Below the pieces are notes generated by a model, which did not search any database, was not told the origin of the DNA, and saw only the letters and a list, made by a program, of their open reading frames with translations. The translations under genes and the position numbers were made by a program. Positions 63,343 to 64,000 of a stretch of DNA of 64,000 bases are shown here, piece by piece. The stretch spans positions 143,222,001-143,286,000 of the forward strand of contig NC_086097.1 in NCBI RefSeq assembly GCF_963921235.1, in the 5' to 3' direction. The number at the start of each line of letters is the position of its first letter. The first letter of the stretch is position 1. This DNA comes from Mobula hypostoma (Eukaryota).

Positions 63343-63895
63343 GCACAATAATGCTGGAGGAACTCAGCAGGTCCAGCGGCATCTATGGAGAGGAATAAAC
63401 AGTTGATGCTTCAGGCTGAGGCCCTTCATCAGGATTGGAACAGAAGGGGGGGGGAGAAGAGCAAGAAGAAGAAAGTGGGGTGGTAAGAAGGAGTACAAGC
63501 TGGCAAGTGATTGGTGAAGCCAGATGTGAAAAATGGTGGGTGGGGTAGGTGGTGAAAGGAGAAACAGGGTGATGGGTGGAAAGGGTAAAGGGCCGAAGAA
63601 GGAAAATGGACCATGGGTGAAAGGGGAGGAAGAGGGGCCCCAGAGGGAGGTGATGGGCAGGTGAGGAGAAGAGAATGGGGTAGGTGGGGAGTCAGAATGT
63701 GAATTGGAAAAAGAGAGAAGGAGAGGGTGTAGAAGTACCAGAAGTTAGATAAATCAATGTTCATGCTGTCAAGTTGGGGGATACCCAGATGGAATACAAG
63801 GTGTAGCTCCAACTTGAGAGTGGCCTCATCAGGGCAGCAGAGGAGGCCACCATTGGTTGTCGGAATGGGAAGGGGCAGTGGAATTAAAATGGTTA
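63343..63895 (-). mobile_element. PLE 3' fragment with decayed hammerhead at 63401-63436
   Basis: ELHLVFHLGIPQLDSMNIDLSNFW; CTGATGA..GAAG. Confidence 0.8.
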
Positions 63896-64000
63896 GACCA
63901 TAGACATAGGAGGAGAATTAGGCCATTGAGCCCATGAAGTCTGCTCTGCCATTCCATTATGGCTGATCCTGGATCCCACTCAACCCTATACACCTGCCTT

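Noticed and set aside
3347..63436. Repeated 36-nt motifs as a CRISPR-like array
   Set aside because: Dispersed, on both strands, embedded in PLE ends, with no regular spacers; the sequence is eukaryotic

Overview
Vertebrate genomic DNA; the repeat landscape suggests a cartilaginous fish, probably a ray (inference). The only host gene I can support is the spliceosomal gene CCDC12 (Cwf18 family) on the + strand. Six coding exons (exons 2-7, 408 nt) splice in frame through GT-AG introns to a stop at 62799-62801; exon 1 appears to lie upstream of the window. Most of the remaining sequence is nested, decayed transposable elements: CR1 and Rex1/Babar LINEs, Penelope-like elements (PLEs), a HERO RLE retrotransposon, SINEs, LTR remnants, and Tigger, mariner, Tc1, Harbinger and hAT DNA elements. 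Most ORFs in the supplied track are TE fragments or spurious. The most notable hidden structures are: (1) about a dozen minimal hammerhead-ribozyme motifs in PLE termini, including a near-perfect 229-bp palindrome with two back-to-back hammerheads; (2) every core-intact sense-strand hammerhead in the CCDC12 pre-mRNA is either paired with an antisense partner or mutated in stem III; (3) a GC-rich hairpin that hides a cryptic, PTC-producing 3' splice site just upstream of exon 4. All family calls come from motif recognition by eye; no database searches were run, and most TE boundaries are approximate.
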